Source of the DNA: Clostridia bacterium
Lineage (GTDB): Bacteria; Bacillota; Clostridia; Oscillospirales; SIG627
NCBI GenBank assembly: GCA_017440805.1
Contig: JAFSGN010000009.1
Span: 4,302-68,301, forward strand
Length of the DNA: 64,000 nucleotides
Direction: 5' to 3'
Under the pieces are notes generated by a model that was not told the DNA's origin, ran no database searches, and saw nothing but the letters and a program-made list of their open reading frames with translations. This document shows positions 20,799 to 30,653 of this stretch, in pieces. Both the position numbers and the translations under genes were made by a program. The first letter of the stretch is position 1; each line of letters begins with the position of its first letter.

Positions 20799-22055
20799 TT
20801 ATTTGTATTCAATTTCTGCCTGTGCGTTTTCGGTAATAACCTTATCTGTTATTATAAGTTTTTTCACATTTTCACAAGAAGGAATATCGTACATATATTT
20901 CTGCATAATTTCTTCCATTATAGAACGGAGACCTCTTGCACCTGTATTCCGCTTTACTGCAAGTCGTGCAATTTCCGCATATGCCTCTTCTGTGAATTCC
21001 AGTTCAACCCCGTCCATATCAAAGAGTTTTTTATACTGCTTTGTAAGTGAATTTTTCGGTTCTTTAAGAATACGGACAAAAGCCGCCTCATCAAGAGGTT
21101 CAAGTGCAGTTATTACAGGAATACGGCCGACAAGTTCAGGAATAAGTCCGTATTTCACCAGGTCATGAGAGATAATTTTGGAAAGAATTTTTTCGTCCTG
21201 TCTTTCCTTTTTTGTGTGAACAGATGCTCCGTATCCTATTGACTGACTTCCTGTTCTTTGTTCTATAACCTGTTCAATCCCGTCAAAAGCACCTCCGCAT
21301 ATAAACAAAATATTGGAGGTGTCCACAGGAATAAATTCCTGATTGGGATGTTTTCTTCCACCTTGCGGCGGTACATTCGAAACCGTGCCTTCAAGAATTT
21401 TCAAAAGTGCCTGTTGCACACCCTCACCCGAAACATCTCTTGTTATGGAACGGTTTTCACTGCGTCGGGAAATTTTATCTATTTCGTCTATATATATAAT
21501 TCCCTTTTCCGCCTGCGAGACATCATAATCTGCCGCCTGGATAAGCCTTAACAGTATATTTTCAACATCCTCACCTACATAACCTGCCTCGGTAAGTGTT
21601 GTAGCATCTGCAATTGCAAAAGGTACTTTCAAGGTTTTTGCAAGAGTCTGTGCAAGAAGTGTTTTTCCGACGCCGGTAGGACCTAAAAGCAAGACATTGC
21701 TCTTTTGTATTTCTACATCATCGCTTTTGTCCTGAAGAATACGCTTATAGTGATTATACACCGCAACAGAAAGCGCCGCTTTTGCACTTTCCTGACCTAC
21801 AACATACTGGTCAAGCGCCTCTTTGAGTTGAGCCGGTTTTGGAAGAGTCTTGAGTGAAAGAGGGTTTTTCTCAGCAGCCTGTGTGTCTTTTTCGTCCTGT
21901 ATAATAATATTGCAGGTTGAAACACAGTTATCGCAAATATAAACCCCTCCGGGACCGGGAATAATATAATCTACTTCGTTTGCAGGTGCCCCGCAAAACG
22001 AACAACGGGGAATATCAGCAGTATTATTACCGCCGTTTTTATTTTTCTCTGCCAT
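20799..22055 (-). CDS. clpX: ATP-dependent Clp protease ATP-binding subunit ClpX
   Basis: Zinc ribbon CSFCG..CDNC, Walker A GPTGVGKT, and IYIDEIDK. Confidence 0.97.
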   Translation of the reverse strand: MAEKNKNGGNNTADIPRCSFCGAPANEVDYIIPGPGGVYICDNCVSTCNIIIQDEKDTQAAEKNPLSLKTLPKPAQLKEALDQYVVGQESAKAALSVAVYNHYKRILQDKSDDVEIQKSNVLLLGPTGVGKTLLAQTLAKTLKVPFAIADATTLTEAGYVGEDVENILLRLIQAADYDVSQAEKGIIYIDEIDKISRRSENRSITRDVSGEGVQQALLKILEGTVSNVPPQGGRKHPNQEFIPVDTSNILFICGGAFDGIEQVIEQRTGSQSIGYGASVHTKKERQDEKILSKIISHDLVKYGLIPELVGRIPVITALEPLDEAAFVRILKEPKNSLTKQYKKLFDMDGVELEFTEEAYAEIARLAVKRNTGARGLRSIMEEIMQKYMYDIPSCENVKKLIITDKVITENAQAEIEYK

Positions 22056-22096
22056 ATTTACTGCGCAAAAAGGTTGCGCCGTCCTTTCAATTCAGA

Positions 22097-22681
22097 TTAT
22101 GCTCTCTTTTCAATCACACGGTCAATAAGTCCGTATTCGGCTGCCTGAGCCGCATACATAAAGTTATCACGGTCAGTATCTCTTTCAATAACTTCAAGAG
22201 GCTGTCCTGTGCGTTCAGCAAGTATTTTATTCAGAGTCTGTTTTGTGCGGATGATGTGGTCGGCATGAATTTTTATATCACTTGCCTGTCCCTGATATCC
22301 TCCCAAAGGCTGATGAATCATAATTTCGCTGTGAGGAAGAGCAAGTCTTTTGCCCTTGGCACCTGCTGCCAGAAGAAACGCGCCCATACTTGCAGCCATA
22401 CCTATACAGATAGTTGAAACATCGCATTTAATAAAGTTCATTGTGTCGTATATTGCCAGTCCCGCACTTACTGAACCGCCGGGACTATTGATATAAAGCG
22501 AAATATCTTTGTCAGGGTCTTGTGCTTCCAAAAACAGAAGTTGTGCTACAACAAGAGACGCAGTAACATCATTTACCTCATCGGCAAGAAATACTATACG
22601 GTCATTAAGCAGACGGGAATATATGTCGTATGCTCTTTCACCTCTGCCGGTCTGTTCAATTACTGTTGGTACAAGTGCCAT
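22097..22681 (-). CDS. clpP: ATP-dependent Clp protease proteolytic subunit ClpP
   Basis: [25 protein letters not shown]. Catalytic GMAASMG, H and D are present. The ATG at 22681 is preceded by AAGGAGGA, and I discarded the ORF-track extension to 22978. Confidence 0.95.
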   Translation of the reverse strand: MALVPTVIEQTGRGERAYDIYSRLLNDRIVFLADEVNDVTASLVVAQLLFLEAQDPDKDISLYINSPGGSVSAGLAIYDTMNFIKCDVSTICIGMAASMGAFLLAAGAKGKRLALPHSEIMIHQPLGGYQGQASDIKIHADHIIRTKQTLNKILAERTGQPLEVIERDTDRDNFMYAAQAAEYGLIDRVIEKRA

Positions 22682-22760
22682 AATTATGTCCTCCTTGAAA
22701 TCTTTTGTTTCGGTTAATTTATTTTTGGGGAAGGACTTTCTGCCCTCCCCCAAAAGTAAT

Positions 22761-24257
22761 TTATTTGTCGCTTTCAGCGGTTTCTGTTTTCTTTTTTCTT
22801 GTGGTCTTGGGTTTTTCCTCGCCCTCAGCCTTAGGTTCTTCTGTCTTTTTCTTTCTTGTGGTCTTGGGCTTTTCCGCTGTATCGGAAGTTTTTTCTTCTG
22901 CTTTTTCAGCAGTCTTTTCCGCAGCCTTTTTTGTTGTCTTTGCCTTGGGTTTTGCAGTTTCTTTCTTCTCTTCGGCAACTTCTGTTATCTTTGCGTTATC
23001 TTTGATAAATTCAGATGCTTTACGCATTGCAAGGTCCTTCTTAACCGCATCTTTTTCAAGTGCTTCCTGAACCTTTTCAATTTCCATCTTATATGCATCT
23101 GCAATTGCCTTGTATTCTGCAGTAATGTCTTCTTCGGTAGGCTCAATCTTTTCAAGTTCAACAACTTTTTCAAGTGCAAGACGAACTTTTACCTGACGCT
23201 CTGCCTGAGGCTTCATCTGTGCCTTAAGGTCATTGATGGTAGTACCTGTGTACTTGAAGTAAGTATCAAGGTCAAGTCCCTGTGACTGCATACGGTAAGC
23301 ATAGTCGTTTACCATACCGTCAACTTCCTGGTCAAACATAGCCTGAGGAATGTCTGCTTCTACATTGGCAATAAGTGCGTCATAAATTTTTTCCATAACT
23401 GCACTGTCTGCGGCATCGTTGTATCTCTTTTCTATTTTTGCCTTAACATCTGCCTTATATTCAGCCAAAGTATCAAATTCGGAAACATCTTTTGCGAACT
23501 CGTCGTCAAGTTCGGGAAGTTGCTTAACTTTAAGTGCGTTGAGAGTAACTGTAAATACAGCATCCTTGCCTTTAAGTTCTTCTGCATGGTATTCTTCGGG
23601 GAACTTAACATTAACATCAAATGTTTCGCCTATGTTATGACCTGCAATCTGGTCTTCAAATCCGGGAATAAACTGTCCGGAGCCTAATTTAAGGTCATAT
23701 CCTTTTGCGGCACCGCCGTCAAAAGCAACTCCGTCAACCTTACCTAAGTAATCAATGTTTGCGGTATCATCCATTGCAGCCGCACGGTCTGTAATGTCTA
23801 TCATACGGGAGTTACGCTCTCTTGCTGCGTTTACATCCCTGTCAACATCTTCGTCGGTAACTTTCTTTACAACTTTTTCTGCTTCAAGTCCCTTGTAGCT
23901 CTTAAGACTTACTTCAGGCTTTACAAAAACCTTTGCGGTAATTTCAACGCCTTCGTCTGTAATATCTCCAACAGAAATTTCAGGCTGTGCTACCGGCTCG
24001 ATACCGCTTTCTTTAACAGCCGCTTCGTATTCTGCAGGGATAAGATTATTGAGTGCTTCTTCATAAAATACACCCTTGCCGTACATTTTTTCAATAATGC
24101 TCTTAGGTGCCTTACCCTTACGGAAACCGGGAATATTGATTTTGGGTGCATTCTTTTTGTAAACCTTGAGTACTTCTGCTTCAAATGTTTCCTTCGCAAT
24201 GACAAACTCAAGTTCCACAGTGTTTTTTTCGGTTGTTTTTGTGTTCTTTAAACTCAT
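22761..24257 (-). CDS. tig: Trigger factor with about 73-aa K/E/T-rich C-terminal extension
   Basis: GFRKGKAP ribosome-binding motif and an FKBP-type PPIase core (GFEDQIAGH). The tail is [15 protein letters not shown]...[12 protein letters not shown] x2. Confidence 0.95.
   Translation of the reverse strand: MSLKNTKTTEKNTVELEFVIAKETFEAEVLKVYKKNAPKINIPGFRKGKAPKSIIEKMYGKGVFYEEALNNLIPAEYEAAVKESGIEPVAQPEISVGDITDEGVEITAKVFVKPEVSLKSYKGLEAEKVVKKVTDEDVDRDVNAARERNSRMIDITDRAAAMDDTANIDYLGKVDGVAFDGGAAKGYDLKLGSGQFIPGFEDQIAGHNIGETFDVNVKFPEEYHAEELKGKDAVFTVTLNALKVKQLPELDDEFAKDVSEFDTLAEYKADVKAKIEKRYNDAADSAVMEKIYDALIANVEADIPQAMFDQEVDGMVNDYAYRMQSQGLDLDTYFKYTGTTINDLKAQMKPQAERQVKVRLALEKVVELEKIEPTEEDITAEYKAIADAYKMEIEKVQEALEKDAVKKDLAMRKASEFIKDNAKITEVAEEKKETAKPKAKTTKKAAEKTAEKAEEKTSDTAEKPKTTRKKKTEEPKAEGEEKPKTTRKKKTETAESDK
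22783..22876 (-). repeat. Two 37-nt direct repeat units (33/37 identical, 57-nt period) inside the tig 3' tail, each encoding [12 protein letters not shown]
   Basis: Plus strand: TTCTGTTTTCTTTTTTCTTGTGGTCTTGGGTTTTTCC at 22783 and TTCTGTCTTTTTCTTTCTTGTGGTCTTGGGCTTTTCC at 22840. Confidence 0.8.
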
Positions 24258-24295
24258 TTTGGGAAATCCTTTCTCTTGATATGTATATCATATAT

Positions 24296-24323
24296 ATTCT
24301 AATCAAAAATCAGTTCTTGTCAA
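24296..24323 (-). promoter_or_regulatory. Sigma-A-type promoter of tig
   Basis: The minus strand reads TTGACA-16 nt-TAGAAT. Confidence 0.5.
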
Positions 24324-24351
24324 TAGTTTTTGAAAAATTTTACAATATCTT

Positions 24352-25056
24352 TCAATCTATTTTCAAGGGAATAAACTTTAAATAATCACAGGAAACAAGA
24401 TTAAGTTCAATTCCGTATTTTGTACGGCAAAGTCCTGCGTTATCAGATATGCCGTGAAGATGTCCGTAATACAGTCTTTGTATACCGTATGAAAGCAGAG
24501 TGTCAAATATTATTTCCTGAACCGTTCCCGTAACCGCCGGCGGATAATGCATAAATACAATTATTTCAGCATCGGGATTTTTTTCGAGAAGTTTTTTTGC
24601 ACATTCCAAAGACATCTGCAGTCTTTGGTTTTCACGGTTAAGAATCTTCAAATCCTCGGGTTTAAGTGAGTTTTCGCAAATCCAGCCCCTTGTTCCGCAA
24701 ATAATCTTGTTTTCGCAAAGATAGGCATTGTTATGAAGAAAATCTATAGTGGAAATATCATTTTCCGCCTTGAATTTTTCCAGTTTGGAAAAAGTCTCCC
24801 ACCAGTAATCGTGGTTACCCTTGCCAATAATTTTTCTGCCCGGCAGACTGTCCAGCCACTTAAAGTCGCTGGCTGACTCTTCAAGGGTCATACCCCAGGA
24901 AATATCGCCCGGTATAATTACCGTGTCATCATCTGTTACCGTACTTTTCCAGTTACTTTCGAGTTGGCAGGTATAATTCTCCCATCGTCTCCCGAAAACA
25001 TCCATCGGCTTATCGCAACTTAATGATAAATGGGGGTCGGATATGGTATATATCAC
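24352..25056 (-). CDS. Metallophosphoesterase family protein
   Basis: SDPHL, GDISWG, GNHDYW and HYPP/GHLHG motifs. Confidence 0.8.
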   Translation of the reverse strand: MIYTISDPHLSLSCDKPMDVFGRRWENYTCQLESNWKSTVTDDDTVIIPGDISWGMTLEESASDFKWLDSLPGRKIIGKGNHDYWWETFSKLEKFKAENDISTIDFLHNNAYLCENKIICGTRGWICENSLKPEDLKILNRENQRLQMSLECAKKLLEKNPDAEIIVFMHYPPAVTGTVQEIIFDTLLSYGIQRLYYGHLHGISDNAGLCRTKYGIELNLVSCDYLKFIPLKID

Positions 25057-25060
25057 AAAT

Positions 25061-26536
25061 TTATCCTCGTTTCAGAAATTCAAAAACCTGTTCTGCCATT
25101 TCTTCCTTATTAACAACGGTATTAAATCTTGCACTCTTTCCGCAAAGTTCTGCAATAGGTGCAGGTACCTGTGTGGAGGTTTGCTCTTTGAGTGCATCAA
25201 TAGCAGAAAACTCATCTCCCTGTGACGATTTTCCGAAAGAGGAAAGTACATCTGCGGCAAATTTGTACGGACTTGCTGTAGATACTATTATCATTTCGGT
25301 ATTGTCGCAGGTATTTTTACGGTACTGCTCTGCACAATAGGTTGCAACCGCTGTGTGAGTATCCATAAGATAGGAATAATCTTCAAAATACTTTTGAATT
25401 GTATTCCGTGTGTTGTCCTCGTCACAATAAGCACCGTAAAACATCTTTTCTATTTTTGCATGGGTCTGGTCACTTATTTTATATACACCGTTTTCATTGA
25501 GCAACTTCATATTCTGTGCAGTTTGCTCGCTGCCGTCAAGAAGATACAAAAGTCTTTCAAGATTGCTGGAAATAAGTATATCCATAGAGGGAGAAACAGT
25601 CTGATAGAACGGACGGTTTCTGTCATAAACACCTGTTTTTATAAAGTCTGTGAGAATGTTGTTTTTATTTGAGGCACACACAAACTTGCCGATATTGAGT
25701 CCCATTTCCTTGGCAATATATGCGGCAAATATATTACCGAAATTACCTGTAGGAACGCAAACATTGACAGGGTCGCCAAGATTAATCTTTTTGTTGTTTA
25801 CCAAATCACAGTACGCGGAAATATAGTAAACAATCTGCGGTGCAAGTCTGCCCCAGTTGATACTGTTGGCACTGGAGAAGAAATATCCTGCCCGGTCAGC
25901 CTTCTGTGCATAAGTTTTGTCACCGAATATTTTCTTTACTCCGCTTTGTGCATCATCAAAGTTTCCTTTAATTGCACAAACATTCACATTGTCACCTTCC
26001 TGAGATGACATCTGAAGTTTCTGGATTTTACTTACACCGTCACTGGGATAAAATACCATTATTTTAATTTTGTCAAGGTTCTTATAACCCTCCAGTGCCG
26101 CTTTTCCGGTATCGCCCGAAGTTGCAACAAGAATGCAGGCATCCTTGTCGCTTTGAGTCATTTTAAGCGACTCGGAAAGTGCCAGAGGCATAAACTGAAG
26201 TGCCATATCCTTGAAAGCACAGGTAGGACCGTGCCATAACTCAAGAAAACTGTAATCTCCCGCTTGTTTTACGGGTGCAGGGTTTTCCCCGAAATTTTTT
26301 TCGCTGTACGCCTTTTCGCAGAGTTGAGCAAGGTTCTGATAGTCATCAAGAAAAAGGCTCAGCACCTTTTCTGCACGGGACTTGTAGTCCAGGTTGCAAA
26401 GAGATGATATAAAATCGTTGTCAATCTGAGGAATCATTTCGGGCATATAAAGACCGCCGTCATCTGCAATTCCTTTTTTAATGACCTGTGCTGATGTGAG
26501 GTGTTTTTTTTCACCCCGTGTACTTGAATAATACAT
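25061..26536 (-). CDS. thrC: Threonine synthase (long form)
   Basis: YYSTRG..GIADDGGLYMP N-terminus. PLP-lysine context CAFKDMALQ. 491 aa. Confidence 0.9.
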   Translation of the reverse strand: MYYSSTRGEKKHLTSAQVIKKGIADDGGLYMPEMIPQIDNDFISSLCNLDYKSRAEKVLSLFLDDYQNLAQLCEKAYSEKNFGENPAPVKQAGDYSFLELWHGPTCAFKDMALQFMPLALSESLKMTQSDKDACILVATSGDTGKAALEGYKNLDKIKIMVFYPSDGVSKIQKLQMSSQEGDNVNVCAIKGNFDDAQSGVKKIFGDKTYAQKADRAGYFFSSANSINWGRLAPQIVYYISAYCDLVNNKKINLGDPVNVCVPTGNFGNIFAAYIAKEMGLNIGKFVCASNKNNILTDFIKTGVYDRNRPFYQTVSPSMDILISSNLERLLYLLDGSEQTAQNMKLLNENGVYKISDQTHAKIEKMFYGAYCDEDNTRNTIQKYFEDYSYLMDTHTAVATYCAEQYRKNTCDNTEMIIVSTASPYKFAADVLSSFGKSSQGDEFSAIDALKEQTSTQVPAPIAELCGKSARFNTVVNKEEMAEQVFEFLKRG

Positions 26537-26561
26537 TTTATGTTATCTCCTGAAAGAATTA

Positions 26562-26948
26562 TTACTTGCTTATAAAAGCATCTTTTATGTGGTTTATTTT
26601 TATCCCGCCGTTTTGGGGAATTATTGCCTCAATCACATCAAACCGGTATGTTTCGCATTTGACGGAACAGAATTTAAGATAATACTTTGCGGATTTAATA
26701 ATATTCTGCTGTTTTTTGTAATTAACAGATTCAGCAGGTGTGCCGTACCTTACGCAAAGGTTCTCACTCCTCGAGCGTACCTCCGCAAATATAAGTGTTT
26801 TTTTCTTTTTACATACTATATCAATTTCGCCGTAGGGCGAATAAAAATTGGAATCAAGTATACGATAACCGTTAAGCACCAGGTAAAGTCTGACCTTAAA
26901 TTCGGCAATATTTCCTCTCAGTTTACGGCTTAATTTCAGGTTACTCAT
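26562..26948 (-). CDS. yraN: YraN family endonuclease-like protein (UPF0102)
   Basis: GEIDIV..FAEVR motifs. Conserved pairing with rnhB. Confidence 0.8.
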   Translation of the reverse strand: MSNLKLSRKLRGNIAEFKVRLYLVLNGYRILDSNFYSPYGEIDIVCKKKKTLIFAEVRSRSENLCVRYGTPAESVNYKKQQNIIKSAKYYLKFCSVKCETYRFDVIEAIIPQNGGIKINHIKDAFISK

Positions 26949-27547
26949 TTTTCACCGTACAATTTTTTCAGAAAACTAATGCGGTGCAACGGTGTAGGGC
27001 CGTGTTCCATAATTGCCCCATAATGTGCTTTTGTGGGATACCCTTTGTGTTTTGCAAGACCATACTGCGGATATTTCCTGTCCATTTCAAGACAATATCT
27101 GTCCCTTGAAACCTTTGCAAGTATTGATGCCGCGGCAATTGAGGGGATTTTTCCGTCGCCTCCCACTACCGCTTTTCCGTCAATATCAAAGTCACGGTAT
27201 ATATTTCCGTCTACCAAAAGAAAATCAGGCTTTACACTCATATTTTCCACCGCTCGTCTCATTGCAAGAAGCGATGCATTAAGAATGTTGATTTGGTCTA
27301 TTTCAAAGGGCTCACAGACACCTATTCCGTAACTTATTGCATCACGGATTATGATATCAAAAAGTTTTTCCCGCTTTTTTTCGGTAATCTTTTTTGAATC
27401 GTCAAGCCCTTCAATTTCATATCCGTCGGGAAGTATTACCGCCGCCGCATATACTGCACCGAACAGCGGTCCTCTGCCTGCCTCGTCAAGACCTGCAGCC
27501 ATACAGGAATTTTCAGGCACAATCTCTCTGTAGATATCCCAGTTCAT
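26945..27547 (-). CDS. rnhB: Ribonuclease HII
   Basis: GLDEAGRGPLFG, DDSKK, and ASILAKV.RD. Confidence 0.93.
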   Translation of the reverse strand: MNWDIYREIVPENSCMAAGLDEAGRGPLFGAVYAAAVILPDGYEIEGLDDSKKITEKKREKLFDIIIRDAISYGIGVCEPFEIDQINILNASLLAMRRAVENMSVKPDFLLVDGNIYRDFDIDGKAVVGGDGKIPSIAAASILAKVSRDRYCLEMDRKYPQYGLAKHKGYPTKAHYGAIMEHGPTPLHRISFLKKLYGEK

Positions 27548-27617
27548 ATAACTTTTCCCTTTCAGAAAACACCCGTACTCTGAATTTATTGAATTCGCCG
27601 ATATTACGACGAAAAAA

Positions 27618-28469
27618 TTAAATTCTGTCGAGTGTAATTCTTCCTATCTTGCCGCCTCGGAATTCGTCAAGAATGGCGGTACAACAACGGTCATAGTCAA
27701 TCTCTCCGCCGGAAATAAGAAAACCCCGTTTTCTGCCCACTGCCTCAAGTATTTCAAGAGGTGTACCGTCAAGGTCAGAAAGTTTGTATCTTGCCTTAAA
27801 TTGTTCGGGGTAATATCTGACAAGTTTTTTTATCAGTGCGAGAGTAATATCATCGGTATAAAGGACATCATCCTTTATAGCACCTGTAACCGCAAGATTT
27901 TCAGCCACTGTCTGGTCATCAAATTTCGGCCACAGTACACCCGGCATATCCAGAAGTTCTATTCCGATTTCGGTACGAACCCACTGTTTCTGAAGTGTAA
28001 CTCCGGGTCTGTCTTCCACTGCCGCTTTTTTTGAACCGCACAATTTATTGATTATAGAGGATTTACCCACATTGGGTATTCCCACTATCATTGCTTTTAC
28101 GGTCCGACCGCTCATGCCCTTAGCGTCATAGCGTTCAAGTTTTTCTTTAAGTACATTCCGTATATTTGAAGCAATATCCGAAAGTCCCTTAGCAGTCATA
28201 CAATCGGTCACAATAACCGTTGAACCCTCTTTTTCCATTGCACTTTTCCATCTGGCTGTCATATCGGGATCGGCAAGGGAATACTTGTTCAGCAGGGTTA
28301 TCATCGGTTTCGAGCCCACAAGACGCAATATTTCCGGATTTCTGCTGCTGTGCGGAATGCGGGCATCAAGTATTTCAATTATTATATCAACATTTGAAAG
28401 GTTTTCGCTTATCATCCGGCGTGTTTTCGCCATATGACCGGGAAACCATTGTATATTGGCACTTGGCAT
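27618..28469 (-). CDS. rbgA: Ribosome biogenesis GTPase YlqF/RbgA
   Basis: IQWFPGHMAK and circularly permuted G motifs (LNKYSLAD, GIPNVGKSS). Confidence 0.93.
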   Translation of the reverse strand: MPSANIQWFPGHMAKTRRMISENLSNVDIIIEILDARIPHSSRNPEILRLVGSKPMITLLNKYSLADPDMTARWKSAMEKEGSTVIVTDCMTAKGLSDIASNIRNVLKEKLERYDAKGMSGRTVKAMIVGIPNVGKSSIINKLCGSKKAAVEDRPGVTLQKQWVRTEIGIELLDMPGVLWPKFDDQTVAENLAVTGAIKDDVLYTDDITLALIKKLVRYYPEQFKARYKLSDLDGTPLEILEAVGRKRGFLISGGEIDYDRCCTAILDEFRGGKIGRITLDRI

Positions 28470-28478
28470 TTTTCACCT

Positions 28479-29045
28479 TTATTCTACGGGTTTTACTTCC
28501 CCGATTTTGTTAATGGGTGTTACACGGAAAAGAACTTTTCCCATGATGCTCCGTTTATCCACTGAGCCGAAATGACGGCTGTCCCGGGAGTTATTGCGGT
28601 TGTCGCCCATAACAAAAACCTCTCCCTCGGGTACTTTAAAAGGAAACTGTGTAATTCCTGTACGCATTGAAACCCCTTTTATAAAGTTTACATAGGGTTC
28701 TTCAATTACTTTTCCGTCAACCATTACAATCCAGGTATCAAAATCTATATCAACAACCTGTCCCTCTGTGGCAATAACCCTTTTTATAAGGGGAGAAGTA
28801 TAATCTTCAAGTTGCTGAAAAACCACTATATCGCCTTGTTTTGCTTCAACCAAATCCGTAATAACAAGAGTATCGCGGTGTTCCAGTGTTTTCATCATAC
28901 TTTCGCCGTCTACTGCAACGATTCGTACAACAAATGTAAAAACAAGAACCACCGACACAAGCGCGGTAACAAAGGTTTCCACCCAGTCGTAAAGTTCTTT
29001 TGTAAGGCTGTCACCCGGCTTTTTATTTATGGATGTTCTCATCAT
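28479..29045 (-). CDS. lepB: Signal peptidase I
   Basis: GESMMKTL (catalytic Ser box), KRVIA and GDNRNNSRDSR. Confidence 0.92.
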   Translation of the reverse strand: MMRTSINKKPGDSLTKELYDWVETFVTALVSVVLVFTFVVRIVAVDGESMMKTLEHRDTLVITDLVEAKQGDIVVFQQLEDYTSPLIKRVIATEGQVVDIDFDTWIVMVDGKVIEEPYVNFIKGVSMRTGITQFPFKVPEGEVFVMGDNRNNSRDSRHFGSVDKRSIMGKVLFRVTPINKIGEVKPVE

Positions 29046-29055
29046 AAATTCTCCT

Positions 29056-29100
29056 TAAAAATACATATCGGTATTTCCGCAAAGCCGCGGAAATACCGAT
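29056..29100 (-). terminator. Hairpin between rplS and lepB (terminator or partial attenuator)
   Basis: A 14-bp perfect stem ATCGGTATTTCCGC/GCGGAATACCGAT-type is followed on the minus strand by ATGTATTTTT. Confidence 0.5.
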
Positions 29101-29114
29101 ACTCCGAACACAAA

Positions 29115-29456
29115 TCAGATGCGTTCCTTGACTTTTGCGGCTTTACCGGAAAGTCCGCGCAAATAATAAAGTTTAGCTCGGCGGATTTTACCCTGTCTTA
29201 CGGTTTCAACCTTGTCAACATTGGGCGAATGGATAGGGAAAGTTTTTTCAACTCCGACACCGTAGGAAACGCGTCTTACAGTGAAGGTTTCGGAAATGCC
29301 GCCGTTTTTCTTTGCGATAACGGTGCCTTCGAAAATCTGAATTCTTTCTCTTGTACCCTCTTTTATTCTGTTGTGAACACGAACTGTGTCACCAACCTTA
29401 ATAACGGGTACTTCCTTTTTAAGTTGCTCGTTTGTGAAAGCTTTAATCAAATCCAT
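29115..29456 (-). CDS. rplS: 50S ribosomal protein L19
   Basis: [27 protein letters not shown]. The ATG at 29456 is preceded by GAAGGAGGAG, and I discarded the ORF-track extension to 29561. Confidence 0.95.
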   Translation of the reverse strand: MDLIKAFTNEQLKKEVPVIKVGDTVRVHNRIKEGTRERIQIFEGTVIAKKNGGISETFTVRRVSYGVGVEKTFPIHSPNVDKVETVRQGKIRRAKLYYLRGLSGKAAKVKERI

Positions 29457-29583
29457 AAAGCTCCTCCTTCCTTGGTTTAGGAAAGCAGAAATGTTCATGC
29501 CGAGCACGGCAGCGGACCATTTCTTTGTCTTACCAAATTGTATTTTTTCCGAAAAGGGCACAATATCCCCATTTCAGTTTAAC
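29457..29583 (-). promoter_or_regulatory. Structured 5' UTR of rplS (candidate L19 autoregulatory leader)
   Basis: The leader is about 127 nt. It contains the nested hairpin AGAAATG-..-GCCG-TGCT-CGGC-..-CATTTCT just upstream of the RBS. Confidence 0.3.
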
Positions 29584-29589
29584 AGACAT

Positions 29590-29618
29590 ATTATACCACG
29601 CATGTTACAATACTTCAA
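29590..29618 (-). promoter_or_regulatory. Sigma-A-type promoter (extended -10) of rplS
   Basis: The minus strand reads TTGAAG-17 nt-TGgTATAAT. Confidence 0.55.
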
Positions 29619-29651
29619 TAGAAAACCAAAAAATTTACAGTTTTTTCATCT

Positions 29652-30653
29652 TTATCTGTCGCAAGTGGCATACGCATTGAGGTCTATTCTAGCAATATTG
29701 CCGTTTCTGTAATCATAAAAGGCCTGTGCGCCTATCATAGCCGCATTATCTCCGCAAAGGGATATGGGCGGAAGATACAGTTCAATTCCTTTTTCTTTAC
29801 AGAATTTTTCAAGTGTTTTTCTTATATGGCTGTTGGCACTTACTCCACCTGCTGCTGCAAGTTTGTTGTACGGATAATCCTCCAGTATCCTTTCAAGACG
29901 GTCCAGCAATGTTTCGGTAACATTTTTGGTAAAAGATGCCGCCACATCTTCGCGGACTATTTCCGTGCCCTTCTGGGCACTGTTATGCAATGTGTTTATT
30001 ACCGCAGTTTTAAGCCCCGAAAAAGAAAAATCGTAGGGCGAGTCCTTAATACGCACAAAAGGAAAAGTATATGCCAAAGGATTACCCTCAGAAGCAAGGC
30101 GGTCCATTTCTTTTCCGCCGGGATATTCCAGTCCCATCACTCTTGCAACCTTGTCAAACGCCTCACCTATGGCATCATCTCTTGTTCTGGCGATGGTTTT
30201 GTACTCCGAATAACTGTCCACACCTATAACCGAAGTGTGTCCTCCCGAAATAACCAATGCCAGAAATTCCGGCTCAAGGTCCGGATTCACAAGATAATTT
30301 GCGGCTATATGTCCCATAATATGATTTACCGGTATAAGTGGTTTATTGATTGAGTATGCAAGACCTTTTGCAAAATTCACTCCCACAAGAAGTGCCCCTA
30401 TAAGACCGGGGCGGTTGGTAACTGCCACAGCATCAATCTGTTCAAGCGTAATCTGTGCTTTTTCCAGAGCAGTTTTAACAAGAGGGCTTATTGCCTCAAT
30501 ATGTGCCCGGGAGGCAATTTCGGGAACAACGCCTCCGTATCTCTTGTGTATATCAATTTGTGAGAGAATTTCATTTGAAAGTATAATCCGTCCGTCTTTA
30601 ACTACGGCAGCGGATGTTTCGTCACAGGATGACTCTATCGCAAGAATTAACAT
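29652..30653 (-). CDS. tsaD: tRNA N6-adenosine threonylcarbamoyltransferase TsaD
   Basis: ILAIESSCDETSAAV, HIMGHI and GGVSAN motifs. Confidence 0.95.
   Translation of the reverse strand: MLILAIESSCDETSAAVVKDGRIILSNEILSQIDIHKRYGGVVPEIASRAHIEAISPLVKTALEKAQITLEQIDAVAVTNRPGLIGALLVGVNFAKGLAYSINKPLIPVNHIMGHIAANYLVNPDLEPEFLALVISGGHTSVIGVDSYSEYKTIARTRDDAIGEAFDKVARVMGLEYPGGKEMDRLASEGNPLAYTFPFVRIKDSPYDFSFSGLKTAVINTLHNSAQKGTEIVREDVAASFTKNVTETLLDRLERILEDYPYNKLAAAGGVSANSHIRKTLEKFCKEKGIELYLPPISLCGDNAAMIGAQAFYDYRNGNIARIDLNAYATCDR

Noticed and set aside
22682-22978. K/R-rich 99-aa N-terminal extension of the clpP ORF in the ORF track
   Set aside because: It overlaps the 3' end of tig in another frame. The canonical ClpP N-terminus MALVPTVIE starts at 22681 with a strong AAGGAGGA RBS.
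22509-23285. 258-aa plus-strand ORF (with nested 121-aa and 65-aa ORFs) opposite clpP/tig
   Set aside because: It is antisense to two highly conserved genes. Its F/L/S/C-rich composition is simply the complement of the K/E-rich tig tail, and it has no RBS.
28812-29480. 222-aa plus-strand ORF spanning lepB and rplS
   Set aside because: It is antisense to two essential genes and crosses their intergenic terminator, so it is not a plausible gene.
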